A DNA stretch of 64,000 bases from an uncultured Actinomycetes bacterium. GTDB lineage: Bacteria > Actinomycetota > Thermoleophilia > Gaiellales > Gaiellaceae. Below are positions 15,351 through 24,249 of the stretch, piece after piece. The stretch is taken from assembly GCA_963704025.1 (NCBI GenBank), contig CAVPGP010000005.1, positions 443,386-507,385 on the forward strand, in the 5' to 3' direction. Position 1 is the stretch's first letter, and every line of letters begins with the position of its first letter. A program made the translations under genes and the position numbers. A model generated the notes under the pieces. That model was not told the DNA's origin. It searched no databases and worked only from the letters and a program-made list of their open reading frames with translations.

Positions 15351-18300
15351 CTACGGAATCGTGATTCCCTGCAGCACGACGGCGTGCAGGGTGTAGTCGA
15401 GCTCGTCAGCCTGCGAGACCCCGCCCGGCGTGAGCACGTCGACGGCCTTCGGGACGGTGTTCGGATCGACCGTGCAGTGCGCGTCGGAGCTCGGCGCGGC
15501 GCAGACGCCGAACTGGAACGGCTGGGGCGTCGAGGCGAACGAGCGCGCCTGATCGGGGCTGAAGCCGTCCTGGCCCGTCAGCACAACGGTGAACGCCCAG
15601 CCTGGACCGGGCTGTCCGAGCGTCGACTTCGGAACGCTGAACGTGATCATCCGCGAGATCGCGTTCGCGTGGATCGTGACGGAGCCGACCGTTGCGCCGC
15701 CGCCGTCGATGAATCGCTGGCCGAAGCCCTGCACCTCGACGAGGTGGTTCCAGGCGAAGGCCGGCAACACCTGGTAGTTGCGCTGCGGGAACGACGCAGC
15801 GGTCGAGGTCGACGCGGTCGACGCCGCGGGATCGTGCACGTAGACGTCGACCAGCTGTGCGCCGAGCGGGCTGCCGAACGTGGGCGTGAGGTCGCGCGTC
15901 TGCAGGCGGAAGATCACGTTCGTCCCATCGTCGAGCACCTGGAAGCGCTGGATGTCGAACGCGCCCGCCTTGAAGTTGTCCGAGGTCGGGTAGGCGTAGT
16001 TGCCGGGACCGTTGTCGTCGCCGTTCGGATCGGTGACGTCGAGCAGGACGGTGCCCGGTGTGAAGTCGAAGACGACCGTGCGAACGACGTGAGCGGTGCC
16101 GCCGGAGGGGCTGACGGCGACGACGTTGACGACGCTCGTCCCGCCGGCGACCGGGACGTCGACGCTCCAGGTGCCGGCCGCACCGACCGGCGTCGAGGCC
16201 GTCGTCGTCGCCGAGTCCGCGTCGGTGTTCGTGGCGGCGACGTAGACGACGTTGCCCGGCGCCGAGGTGCCGGAGACCGTGAGCGGCGAGGCGGGTACCG
16301 CAGAGAGATCGGCGGGCGCGCTCACCGTCAGCGTCGTCGTTCCCTGCGTGTGCGCGACGTAGCGGTCATAGGTCTCGCGCGGACGGTCGACGAGTGCGCC
16401 GTCGGAGATGTCCCGGGCAAGCCGGACGTACGAGGCAGCCGACCAGGTCAGCGGCGCAGCCGAGCCGGCGGGAGCGCCGTTGACGAAGCCGATCGACGCG
16501 ATCGTCGGGTCGGTGCCGAAGGGCGACGGGGCCAGGTTCGGCAGCTCCCAGTCCTGCTCGGGGATCAGGCCGCCCGCGGTCGCGAAGCGCTGCATCGACG
16601 AGAGCAGCGCCGACGCCTCCGCTCCATGCCCCGTCTGCAGGAGCTGCTCGCCGCGCTCCGACGAGAGCGCGGGCCAGAGATGCCCCGTGCCGACTCCCGA
16701 GGGCGCCCACGGATGGCCGTCGGCGGCGCGGTCGCCGTACCCGTCGCCGTTGTAGCGGTGCCAGCCGGGCCCGCTCGCCGTGATGCTCCTGATCGTCGTG
16801 TCGACGACCGGGAGCGACGCGAGGATGTCCGGATCGGATGCGGGCAGCTCGCCGAGCCGGGCCAGCTCCAGGAAGCCTGCGTCGATCACGGAGCGCTGGT
16901 CGAGCGTGGGACCGCCGTTGCCGACGTTGTACGTGATCGCCGCGTTCGGGTCGCCGGTCTTCGACAGACGGATGAAGTAGCGCGGTGCGAGGGGGCCGTT
17001 CGTGGTCACCGTCCACTGCTTGACCGAGCGCTGCCAGTCGTCGGCGACGCCGCGCCAGACCGCGGCGGAAGCAGTGTCGCCGTTCACGTCGGCGATGCGC
17101 GCGGCCGCGACGAGCCCCGCGATCTCGGCCGCGATCGTCGAGGGCGAGTAGCCGTTCTGCTCCTCCCAGCGTTCGACGCCGAATGCAGGCCCGTGCGAGG
17201 CGACGAAGTTCGCGGCCGGCCGGATGTGGCCGGCATAGAGCGCCGCACCGGTCATCCCGAGCCTGTAGGCCATCACGATCGGATACGACGTCTCGTCGAG
17301 CTGCGTTCCGAACGAGTCGGGCGCGAGCTTCCCGTTGAGGAGGCTGTTCCGTGGCATCGACCCGTCGGCGAGCTGCTGCCGGCCGAACAGGAAGTCGACC
17401 GTCGCCCGCGCCGTCGCGAGGTCGCCGTCGGCGAGCAGGCCCGTCCACGTCTCGTACAGGTCGCGCGCGAAGACCTCGCGGTACGAGCCGAAGTAGGTGT
17501 TGTTCGGGTCGCCCGCGCTGACCGCCTGGCCCCACGGCGACGCGAGGCTGGCGACGATCGCGCCGGGGAAGGTCTTGTCCTCGGACGCCTTGAGCACGTT
17601 CGCGCTCACGTAGTACGCGTCCTCGAGCTCGTCGTGGAGCTTCCGCGGGCGGACGAGCGAGCGGTCGTACTTGTCCCACCCGCGCGCGTAGTCGCGCTCG
17701 ACGCGGTCGAAGTCGCCGCGGCCGGCGGCCTCGGCCACGCCGACGGCCTCACCGCGTGTGGCGCCGAACCCGAGCGTGATCGTGAACGGCTTGTCGTCGC
17801 GGCACCCCACCCGCGCCGCCTGCACGACGTTGCCGCCGGCGGCGTCCGTGTACGTGGTCGTCAGCGCGTGCGCGGCGTCGAGCTGGACGCGAGCGTCGCT
17901 CGGCGCGCCCGCGAAGCCGCTGGTCGCCTGTGCGAACGGCCCGTCGAGCGCCGCGACGACCGGCTGCGCGTAGTCGCGGTTAGCGGCGTTCGTCGCCGTC
18001 ACGGGGTCGGCGGCGACGAGGATCGAGTGCCCCTTCGACGTGTCGACCGTGGCTGAGTCCGCGCCGCCGTTGCCCGCGCCGCCGCCGCCGTTGCCGTTGA
18101 CGGTCGGGTCGAAGACCACGTACAGCGCCAGCGGGCCCTTCCGCAGGCTTCGCAGCCGGACCTGCATGACGACGGCGTTGCTGTCCGGGTCGGTCAGATA
18201 GTCGGTCACGATCCGGTAGCGCCCGCTCTTCGCGGTCGCAGTTACCCGGCACTCCATCCCGCCGGCGTCCACGTCGACCGAGTAAGTCATGTCCCGCGAC

Positions 18301-18590
18301 TGCAGGTCGGTGAACGACGAGCCGTCGGTGACGACGTACTGCAGCGTCTCGACGTTCGTGTTGTCGACGGTCGGGTAGTAGACGTCGCTGAGCACACCGC
18401 CCGCGACGGTGAACCAGACCTTCGACGCGCCGCTCCGGGAGGTGCCGAGGCAATCCTTCCGCGCGAGGTCGAAATGGGAGACGGCTCCGGGGCCGTCGGG
18501 CGCAGCCGACGTCGCACGCGCAGTCGCCCCCGCCGTACCCACCGCCAGGACGCACAACGTCAGGCTGACCACCCAAAGCCGGCGAGCCAT
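15351..18590 (-). CDS. Secreted GH15 glucoamylase/glucodextranase-like enzyme with C-terminal beta-rich domains
   Basis: 1079 aa with a signal peptide (MARRLWVVSLTLCVLAVGTAGATA). GH15 catalytic-domain motifs GVERWEEQNGYSPSTIAAEIAGL and WHRYNGDGYG. A long C-terminal extension resembles that of glucodextranases. Confidence 0.85.
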   Translation of the reverse strand: MARRLWVVSLTLCVLAVGTAGATARATSAAPDGPGAVSHFDLARKDCLGTSRSGASKVWFTVAGGVLSDVYYPTVDNTNVETLQYVVTDGSSFTDLQSRDMTYSVDVDAGGMECRVTATAKSGRYRIVTDYLTDPDSNAVVMQVRLRSLRKGPLALYVVFDPTVNGNGGGGAGNGGADSATVDTSKGHSILVAADPVTATNAANRDYAQPVVAALDGPFAQATSGFAGAPSDARVQLDAAHALTTTYTDAAGGNVVQAARVGCRDDKPFTITLGFGATRGEAVGVAEAAGRGDFDRVERDYARGWDKYDRSLVRPRKLHDELEDAYYVSANVLKASEDKTFPGAIVASLASPWGQAVSAGDPNNTYFGSYREVFARDLYETWTGLLADGDLATARATVDFLFGRQQLADGSMPRNSLLNGKLAPDSFGTQLDETSYPIVMAYRLGMTGAALYAGHIRPAANFVASHGPAFGVERWEEQNGYSPSTIAAEIAGLVAAARIADVNGDTASAAVWRGVADDWQRSVKQWTVTTNGPLAPRYFIRLSKTGDPNAAITYNVGNGGPTLDQRSVIDAGFLELARLGELPASDPDILASLPVVDTTIRSITASGPGWHRYNGDGYGDRAADGHPWAPSGVGTGHLWPALSSERGEQLLQTGHGAEASALLSSMQRFATAGGLIPEQDWELPNLAPSPFGTDPTIASIGFVNGAPAGSAAPLTWSAASYVRLARDISDGALVDRPRETYDRYVAHTQGTTTLTVSAPADLSAVPASPLTVSGTSAPGNVVYVAATNTDADSATTTASTPVGAAGTWSVDVPVAGGTSVVNVVAVSPSGGTAHVVRTVVFDFTPGTVLLDVTDPNGDDNGPGNYAYPTSDNFKAGAFDIQRFQVLDDGTNVIFRLQTRDLTPTFGSPLGAQLVDVYVHDPAASTASTSTAASFPQRNYQVLPAFAWNHLVEVQGFGQRFIDGGGATVGSVTIHANAISRMITFSVPKSTLGQPGPGWAFTVVLTGQDGFSPDQARSFASTPQPFQFGVCAAPSSDAHCTVDPNTVPKAVDVLTPGGVSQADELDYTLHAVVLQGITIP

Positions 18591-18605
18591 GCCTAGACGG
18601 TACTC

Positions 18606-19901
18606 CTACCGGGAGGCCCTGGACAAGGGGCCACTCGTTCTGATCGGCGTCCTTCGGTAGGCCCGCGGGATGAGGCGCTCCAGACCGAGCGCGGCGATCG
18701 CCGCGACCAGGCAGACCGCTGCGGAGACCGGCCAGAGCGCGACGCCGCCGGCAGTCAACAGCACGCCGCCCAGGCCGGGCCCCGCGATGAAACCCAGCTG
18801 CCACGAGAAGCCGTTCACCGCCATGTATCGGCTGCGTTCCTCCTCCGGCGCGAGATCCGCGACGAGCGGTCCCTGCACGGTGTCGTACAGGCATTCACCG
18901 AGCGCGAAGACGAGCACCGCGAGGAAGAGGATCGCGACGGCCGCACCCGCGCCGATCGACCCGGCCGTGGCGACGAGGGCCCACGCGAGCGCGAACAGCG
19001 TTCCCGTGAGCGCGAGGCCGGTCATTCGCCTGTGGCCCTCATGCGCCCGGGCGACGGGGAGCTGCGCCACGATGATCAACAGCGAGTTCAGGAGGAACAG
19101 AAGCCCGATCGTCTGCTCGCCCGCCCCGGCCTCGTCGCGGGCGAACACCGGGAAGAGGGACACGAGCAGCGCGATCCCACCGGCCACGAGCAGGAAGTTG
19201 ACGGCTGCGACGCCGAGGAACGGGCGGTCGCGGAGGACGCGCCGGTAGCCGCCCGCAGCGGCCGCCGTCGCGCCGGAGCCGACCGGTGGCACCGGCACTC
19301 GGAGCAGGACGGCGATGTAGGCGAGGAACGTGGCTGCGTTCAGCAGGAAGAGCCGCGTGAACGTGGCGGGCTGCGCCACCGTCACGAGCAGCCCACCGGT
19401 CATGCCGCCGAGCCCCAGACCGAGGTTCGCCGCCACGCGCTGCTGCGCGAAGGCCGCGTGGCGGAGCTCGGCCGGCGTGATGGCGGCCAGCAGGCTCGAC
19501 TGCATCGTCAGCCACGTGCCGATCCCTACGCCGGCAAGCGCGGCCAGAGCGAACGCCTGCCAGGGTTGCCGCAGCAGCGGATAGAGCGCGTAGGCCGTCG
19601 TCGACAGGAGCAGGCCGCCCACCATCGTCGGTCGCGCGCCGAGGCGGTCGCCGAGCGAGCCTGCGACGAGCGCGGCCCCCAGTCCACAGACGGCGCTCGT
19701 CGAGGCCGCCAAGCCTGCGAGCGCGAGCGGGACGCGTCGCACGTCATGGAGGTAGATGACCATGAACGGAGCGGCGGCGCCGTTGCCGAAGGCGTTGACG
19801 ACGAGTCCCGCCTGCAGCATGTAGACCGAGCGCGGCAGCCCGGCGTTCAGGCTCCGGACGTATCCACCTACAGCTGTAACCACGGTTTCAGAAGTAACCA
19901 T
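18606..19901 (-). CDS. MFS transporter (12 TM)
   Basis: 431 aa, uniformly hydrophobic, with an MFS-type loop GSLGDRLGARP. It lies immediately upstream of the GH15 gene and may be a sugar-related transporter (inference). Confidence 0.8.
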   Translation of the reverse strand: MVTSETVVTAVGGYVRSLNAGLPRSVYMLQAGLVVNAFGNGAAAPFMVIYLHDVRRVPLALAGLAASTSAVCGLGAALVAGSLGDRLGARPTMVGGLLLSTTAYALYPLLRQPWQAFALAALAGVGIGTWLTMQSSLLAAITPAELRHAAFAQQRVAANLGLGLGGMTGGLLVTVAQPATFTRLFLLNAATFLAYIAVLLRVPVPPVGSGATAAAAGGYRRVLRDRPFLGVAAVNFLLVAGGIALLVSLFPVFARDEAGAGEQTIGLLFLLNSLLIIVAQLPVARAHEGHRRMTGLALTGTLFALAWALVATAGSIGAGAAVAILFLAVLVFALGECLYDTVQGPLVADLAPEEERSRYMAVNGFSWQLGFIAGPGLGGVLLTAGGVALWPVSAAVCLVAAIAALGLERLIPRAYRRTPIRTSGPLSRASR

Positions 19902-19909
19902 GGTTGCAG
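19876..19909. promoter_or_regulatory. Two 16-nt direct repeats GTAACCAYGGTTKCAG, each containing an AACCAYGGTT palindrome (candidate operator)
   Basis: Boxes at 19876-19891 and 19894-19909. The second contains the MFS start codon (CAT 19899-19901). Low-GC patch in the 22-nt gap between divergent starts. Confidence 0.45.
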
Positions 19910-19923
19910 TACGCTGTCAACCG

Positions 19924-20416
19924 ATGGGGACACAGCCGACCGGTGAGTGGGTGCTGCTCGCGTACCGGCTTCCGCGCGAGCCCTCGACGCCGCGCATCGC
20001 GCTCTGGCGACGGCTCAAGCGCCTGGGCGTCGTGCAGCTCCTCGACGGCCCGGTCGCACTCCCCGCCGACGCGAAGACCCGCGAGCAGCTCGAGTGGGCC
20101 GCCGAGGAGGTCGTTGAAGCCGGCGGGGCCGTGACGCTCTGGCTCGGGCGGCCCGCCACGACAGCCGAGGAGCAGTCGCTCGCCGCTCGCATGGCAGACG
20201 CAGTTGCCGCGGACTATCCTCGAGCGGTACCAGCTCGACGATGTGGTGCTCTGGGACCTCGCTCGGATCGTCCACGAGCCAGACCTCGACGACACGCGCT
20301 ACGACGCGCCCGAGGCCCGCGGCCTCGACGTCCTGATCCGCGGCCTCTCACTCACGCACGACGACCCCGAGCTGCTCGCGATCACCCAGGCGCTCCTCGC
20401 CGGCCTCTACGAGTAG
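19924..20416 (+). pseudogene. ChrB-like (chromate-resistance regulator) remnant: N-domain joined out of frame to the last ~65 aa of the C-domain
   Basis: The frame of ORF 19900..20460 gives WVLLAYRLPREPSTPRIALWRRLKRLGVVQLLDGPVALPA...TLWLG (ChrB N-domain). After about 20200 the coding-like frame is ORF 20204..20416 (ILERYQLDDVVLWDLARIVHEPD...LLAGLYE), which resembles the extreme C-terminus of Chrome_Resist domains. The middle of the protein is absent. Confidence 0.6.
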
Positions 20417-20430
20417 GACCCGCGGGTATG

Positions 20431-20458
20431 AGAAAGGCCCGTATATACGGGCCTTTCT
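20431..20458. terminator. Perfect 28-nt palindrome, bidirectional terminator candidate
   Basis: AGAAAGGCCCGTAT|ATACGGGCCTTTCT lies between the ChrB-like gene end and the tRNA 3' end. T/A-rich flanks on both strands. Confidence 0.75.
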
Positions 20459-20462
20459 GAGG

Positions 20463-20535
20463 AGCCGACGCGCGGACTCGAACCGCGGACCCCTTCATTA
20501 CGAGTGAAGTGCTCTACCAGCTGAGCTACGTCGGC
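20463..20535 (-). tRNA. tRNA-Thr (anticodon CGU)
   Basis: Folded by hand: acceptor GCCGACG/CGTCGGC, D arm GCTC-AGCTGGTA-GAGC, anticodon stem CTTCA/TGAAG with loop CTCGTAA, T arm CGCGG-TTCGAGT-CCGCG, discriminator U. Only CC of the CCA end is encoded. Confidence 0.95.
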
Positions 20536-20605
20536 ACCAGCCGTAGGGTAGCCGACCTCCGGTCTCCGTTTCTCGCTCGCGGCCCGATGCGGGAGCGCAG
20601 GCGCA

Positions 20606-21524
20606 TCAGCCCCGCTCGGCCACCCAGCGCATCGGGTCGCCGGCGCCGAGGTCGCTGACGCCGGCGTCGATCAGGGCGCCGCAGACCAGCGTCCGGCGGT
20701 GGGCCGCGAAGGTCAGTACGTGGGCGATCATCCCGCCGTAGGTGAAGACCTCCGGCGGATCGCAGATCGCGTCGACGAACGTCTCGTCGAGACGCCCTTC
20801 GTCGACGATCGCGCGCACCTCGGAGAGGAAGGCCGGCCCGGAATCGGCGAGGCGGGCTCGCATGTCGGCGACGCTCTCGCCCCGCTCGACCTCGAAGTCG
20901 TACGGGCGGTCGTGGACGGCGGCGTCCCACATCGCGAGCTGACCTACGAGGCGGGAAAGCAGCGACCGGAGCGTCGGGTCGCAATCGATGCCCTCGACCG
21001 AGATCTCGACCGGGGCGTCGAGGACCTCGTCGGTGAGGCCCTCGGCCCGGTCGATCATCTCCGCGACGAGCCAGACGTGGTGCTCGACCATGCGAGTGAG
21101 CAGATCCATGGCGGTGACCTTTCTGTCGGCGGGGACGCGCAGGCCCCCGGGTGGATTGAAATGCACCTTGCTCGGTGCCTCGAGCTGGAACCTCGTCGGC
21201 CGACGGCGCCACCGCGATGGCGACTGCACCGTAGGCGCGCCCGAAGGCTCGAGTGAACGCCTCGTGCGACGAGTAGCCCGCGTCGAGGGCGACCTGCAGC
21301 ACGTCCTCTTCGGTCGTGATCAGCCGGTAGGCCGCGCGCTCGAGCAGGATGCGTCGACGCAGGGTCGCCGGCGGCTCGCCCGCGGCAGCGGAGACGAGGC
21401 GGTCGAAGTGGAACCGGGAGAGGTGCAAGCGCGACGCCAGCGTCTCGCCGGACACGTCGTGCTCGTCCAGCGTGACGGCCAGCAGGTCGACGAAGCGGGC
21501 GAAGGTGTCGGTCGTCGCGCTCAT
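20606..21524 (-). pseudogene. AraC-type HTH regulator fused to a DinB-like domain, frame broken near 21228-21232
   Basis: ATG 21524 gives MSATTDTFARFVDLL...SSHEAFTRAFGRAYG (AraC HTH) in the frame of ORF 20526..21578. The expected continuation VQSPSRWRRRPT..., followed by a DinB-like helical domain (MVEHHVWLVAEMIDRAEGL...), is in the frame of ORF 20606..21229. One base appears to be missing in TACGG-GTGCAG. Confidence 0.7.
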
Positions 21525-21650
21525 GTCGAGAGAAACCTGCCAGTCGATGGGCGCGCGCGCTTGATCGCCTTTGCGCACCTACGCATCGGCCGCATTGCGG
21601 TGGCCTGCGGGGCGGCGGCGCGGCCCTGCGCCGCCGCCCCGAGGAGTGGA

Positions 21651-23114
21651 TCAGGCCGCCTCGAGCGCCACGTCCGCCTCGGCCTGCGCCGCGCCGGCAA
21701 CTGCCGGCCGGGACTCCGTGAGGATCGCGGCGACGAAGGCTCCGAGCAGCGCGATCGCGGCGAGGATGTAGAACGTCACCTCGAAGCCGTGCGTGAGCGC
21801 CCCGCCCGCCAGCGAGCTCGTCCCCGGGTGTGCGTCGACGTAGTGGGCCGTGAAGGTCGTCGCGAGGGTCGAGGCCACGGCGACGCCGATCGCGCCGCCG
21901 ATCTGCTGGCTCGTGTTGAAGAGGCCCGACGCGACGCCGGCCTCGGACTGGCCGACACCTGTGAGGGCGCCGATCGACATCGAGACGAAGGCGATCGCCA
22001 GCCCGATCCCGCTGATCAGGAACGCCGGGAAGAGATCCCAGAAGTAGTGCCCGTCGACGGGCAGCCGCGCGTACAGGACGAGCCCGACCGCCGCCATCAC
22101 CATCCCGAACGAGAGGAGCGGACGGACGCCGAGGCGCGTTACGAGCGCCTGGGCGACGCCGGAGAAGACGATCACCGTCAGCGTCAGCGCCACGTAGGCG
22201 ACGCCCGTCTGCAGCGCCGAGTAGTGGAGGACCTGCTGCATGTAGAGGGTCAGCAGGAAGAACTGGGCGAACATCGCCCCGGCCAGCAGCCCGCCGCTCA
22301 GGTTCGACGCGGTCAGCGTCCTCAGCCTGAAGATGCGAAGCGGCAGGAGCGGCGCCTTCGAGCGCAGCTCGATCACGATGAACGCGACGATCAAAGCAGC
22401 CGATCCCGCCAGGAGGCCGATCGTCTCGGGTGTGCCCCAGCCGTGCTGCGTCGCCCGGGTCATGGCGTACACGAGCAGCATCAGGCCGCTCGTGATCGAG
22501 ACAGCCCCCGCGGCGTCGAAGTGCCTGTGGTCGAGCTCGGCCCGGCTCTCGCGCAGCAGCACCGGGGTCAGCGCCAGCACCGTCAGTCCGGCCGGCACGT
22601 TGATGAAGAAGATCCACGACCAGTTGAACGCGCTCGTCAGCGCCCCGCCGAGAAGCACGCCGGCCGCGGCGCCGCTTCCGGACGCGGCGCCCCAAACGCC
22701 CAGCGCGAGGTTCCGTTCCCGACCCTCGGCGAACGTCGTCGTGAGAATCGACAGCGCGGCCGGCGAGAGCAGGGCGGCGCCCAGCCCCTGGAGCGAGCGG
22801 AAGGCGATCAGCGACCCCTCCGACCACGCGAGCCCGTCGAGCAGCGAGCTGACGGTGAAGAGGACGACGCCTGCGACGAAGAGCCGGCGGCGGCCCAACA
22901 GATCGGCCAGCCGCCCTCCGAGCAGGAGGACGCCGCCGAAGAGGATCGCGTAGGCCGTCACCACCCACTGCAGGCTGTCCTGGCTGAAGTGGAGGTCGGT
23001 CTTGATCGAGGGAAGCGCGACGTTCACGATCGCCACATCGAGCACGACCATGAACTGGGCGGCGACGATCAGCGCCAGTGCGAACCATCGTCTCCGCGAA
23101 GCAAAGGAAGTCAT
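21651..23114 (-). CDS. MFS drug/H+ antiporter, DHA2 (EmrB/QacA, 14 TM) family
   Basis: ATG 23114 (MTSFASRRRWFALALIVAAQFMVVLD...). 14 hydrophobic segments, motif GGRLADLLGRRRLF. Divergent from a MarR gene. Confidence 0.88.
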   Translation of the reverse strand: MTSFASRRRWFALALIVAAQFMVVLDVAIVNVALPSIKTDLHFSQDSLQWVVTAYAILFGGVLLLGGRLADLLGRRRLFVAGVVLFTVSSLLDGLAWSEGSLIAFRSLQGLGAALLSPAALSILTTTFAEGRERNLALGVWGAASGSGAAAGVLLGGALTSAFNWSWIFFINVPAGLTVLALTPVLLRESRAELDHRHFDAAGAVSITSGLMLLVYAMTRATQHGWGTPETIGLLAGSAALIVAFIVIELRSKAPLLPLRIFRLRTLTASNLSGGLLAGAMFAQFFLLTLYMQQVLHYSALQTGVAYVALTLTVIVFSGVAQALVTRLGVRPLLSFGMVMAAVGLVLYARLPVDGHYFWDLFPAFLISGIGLAIAFVSMSIGALTGVGQSEAGVASGLFNTSQQIGGAIGVAVASTLATTFTAHYVDAHPGTSSLAGGALTHGFEVTFYILAAIALLGAFVAAILTESRPAVAGAAQAEADVALEAA

Positions 23115-23203
23115 GTACCGCTCCAATCGTTGAACAATTCCACGATCAACGGTACCAACGATCGACCGAGCTACGCTTATTCCCCCATGAGGAGACGTTT
23201 CCG

Positions 23204-23692
23204 ATGACGATTCCGGTCTCAGAGCCGAAACCACACCCCGCCCTGCTCCCCGAGGAGCTGGTCGCGAGCACCCTGTTCCTGCTGGCGAGGCTCGGCTACG
23301 CGATCAAGGCGCGGGCGCTCGAGGAGTTCGAGCGGGCCGGGATGAGCATGTACCAGTACAGCGTGCTCGCCATCCTCGGCGAGGGCGCGCGGGCGACCCA
23401 GGGGACGATCGCCGACGCGCTCGGGCTCGATCGCAGCCAGCTCGTCGGCGTGCTCGACAGCCTCGAGGAGCGAGGGCTGATCGAGCGGCGGCGCGATCCG
23501 AACGACCGGCGCCGGCACACCGTCAGCCTGACGCCGGCCGGCAAGCGCGAGCTGGTCGAGCTGAGAGGGATCGTGAAGGGGATCGAGGAGTCGTTCCTCG
23601 CGCCGCTGGACGACGACTCGCGGACCGTGCTGCACAGCGCGCTCCGTCGCGTCGCGTGCAGCCACGACAGCCGCTTCGGCCCGCCCGAGTGA
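23204..23692 (+). CDS. MarR family transcriptional regulator
   Basis: ATG 23204 with GGAGAC upstream. Winged HTH TIADALGLDRSQLVGVLDSLEERGLIERRRDPNDRRRHTVSLT. The 89-nt divergent intergenic region carries the inverted pair ATCGTTG (23126-23132) / CAACGAT (23156-23162). Confidence 0.88.
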   Translation: MTIPVSEPKPHPALLPEELVASTLFLLARLGYAIKARALEEFERAGMSMYQYSVLAILGEGARATQGTIADALGLDRSQLVGVLDSLEERGLIERRRDPNDRRRHTVSLTPAGKRELVELRGIVKGIEESFLAPLDDDSRTVLHSALRRVACSHDSRFGPPE

Positions 23693-23693
23693 G

Positions 23694-24227
23694 ATGACGA
23701 CCTTCGTCGCGCTCCTCCGCGGCGTCAACGTCGGCGGAAAGGCGAAGCTCCCGATGGCGGAGCTCAAGCCGGCGCTGTCGTCGCTCGGCCTCGAGGACGT
23801 CGTCACCTACATCCAGAGCGGCAACGTCGTCTTCCGCAGCGCCGACGGCGAGAAGCAGATCGCGGCCGGCATCGAACGCCGGATCGCCGACTTCTTCGGG
23901 CTGGACGTGAGCGTGCTGATCCGGACACGCGCCGAGCTCGGGCAGATCGCCGGCGCGAATCCGTACACGGCAGAGGAGGTGGATCCGAAACGGCTCCATG
24001 TCGTCTTCCTCGATGCGGCGCCCGCGGCAACCGCGGTCTCTCAGCTCGACCCCGATCGCTCGCCGCCGGACGAGTTCAGCGTCCGCGGCCGCGAGATCTA
24101 CCTTCGACTTCCGAACGGAGGCGCGCGCTCGAAGCTGACGATCGACTACTTCGAGAGCCGGCTCGACGTCCGGGCGACGGCCCGGAACTGGAACACGCTG
24201 CAGAAGCTGTTAGAGCTCGCGGGCTGA
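23694..24227 (+). CDS. DUF1697 family protein
   Basis: MTTFVALLRGVNVGGKAKLPMAELK... is the hallmark DUF1697 N-terminus. It starts 2 nt after the marR stop. Confidence 0.82.
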   Translation: MTTFVALLRGVNVGGKAKLPMAELKPALSSLGLEDVVTYIQSGNVVFRSADGEKQIAAGIERRIADFFGLDVSVLIRTRAELGQIAGANPYTAEEVDPKRLHVVFLDAAPAATAVSQLDPDRSPPDEFSVRGREIYLRLPNGGARSKLTIDYFESRLDVRATARNWNTLQKLLELAG

Positions 24228-24249
24228 TTCGTGCGAATTCGGCCGCGGG

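Noticed and set aside
15384-18056. 890-aa plus-strand ORF
   Set aside because: It is entirely antisense to the well-supported GH15 gene. The translation is Arg/Gly/Asp/Pro-rich low-complexity sequence typical of shadow ORFs in very GC-rich DNA, and it has no motifs.
20463-20535. Genomic island integrated at tRNA-Thr
   Set aside because: There is no integrase and no direct repeat of the tRNA 3' end within the window. The flanking genes have native-like composition. Only the two damaged regulators hint at instability.
20988-23207. 739-aa plus-strand ORF
   Set aside because: It is antisense to the DHA2 MFS transporter and the AraC-DinB gene, with a highly charged low-complexity translation.
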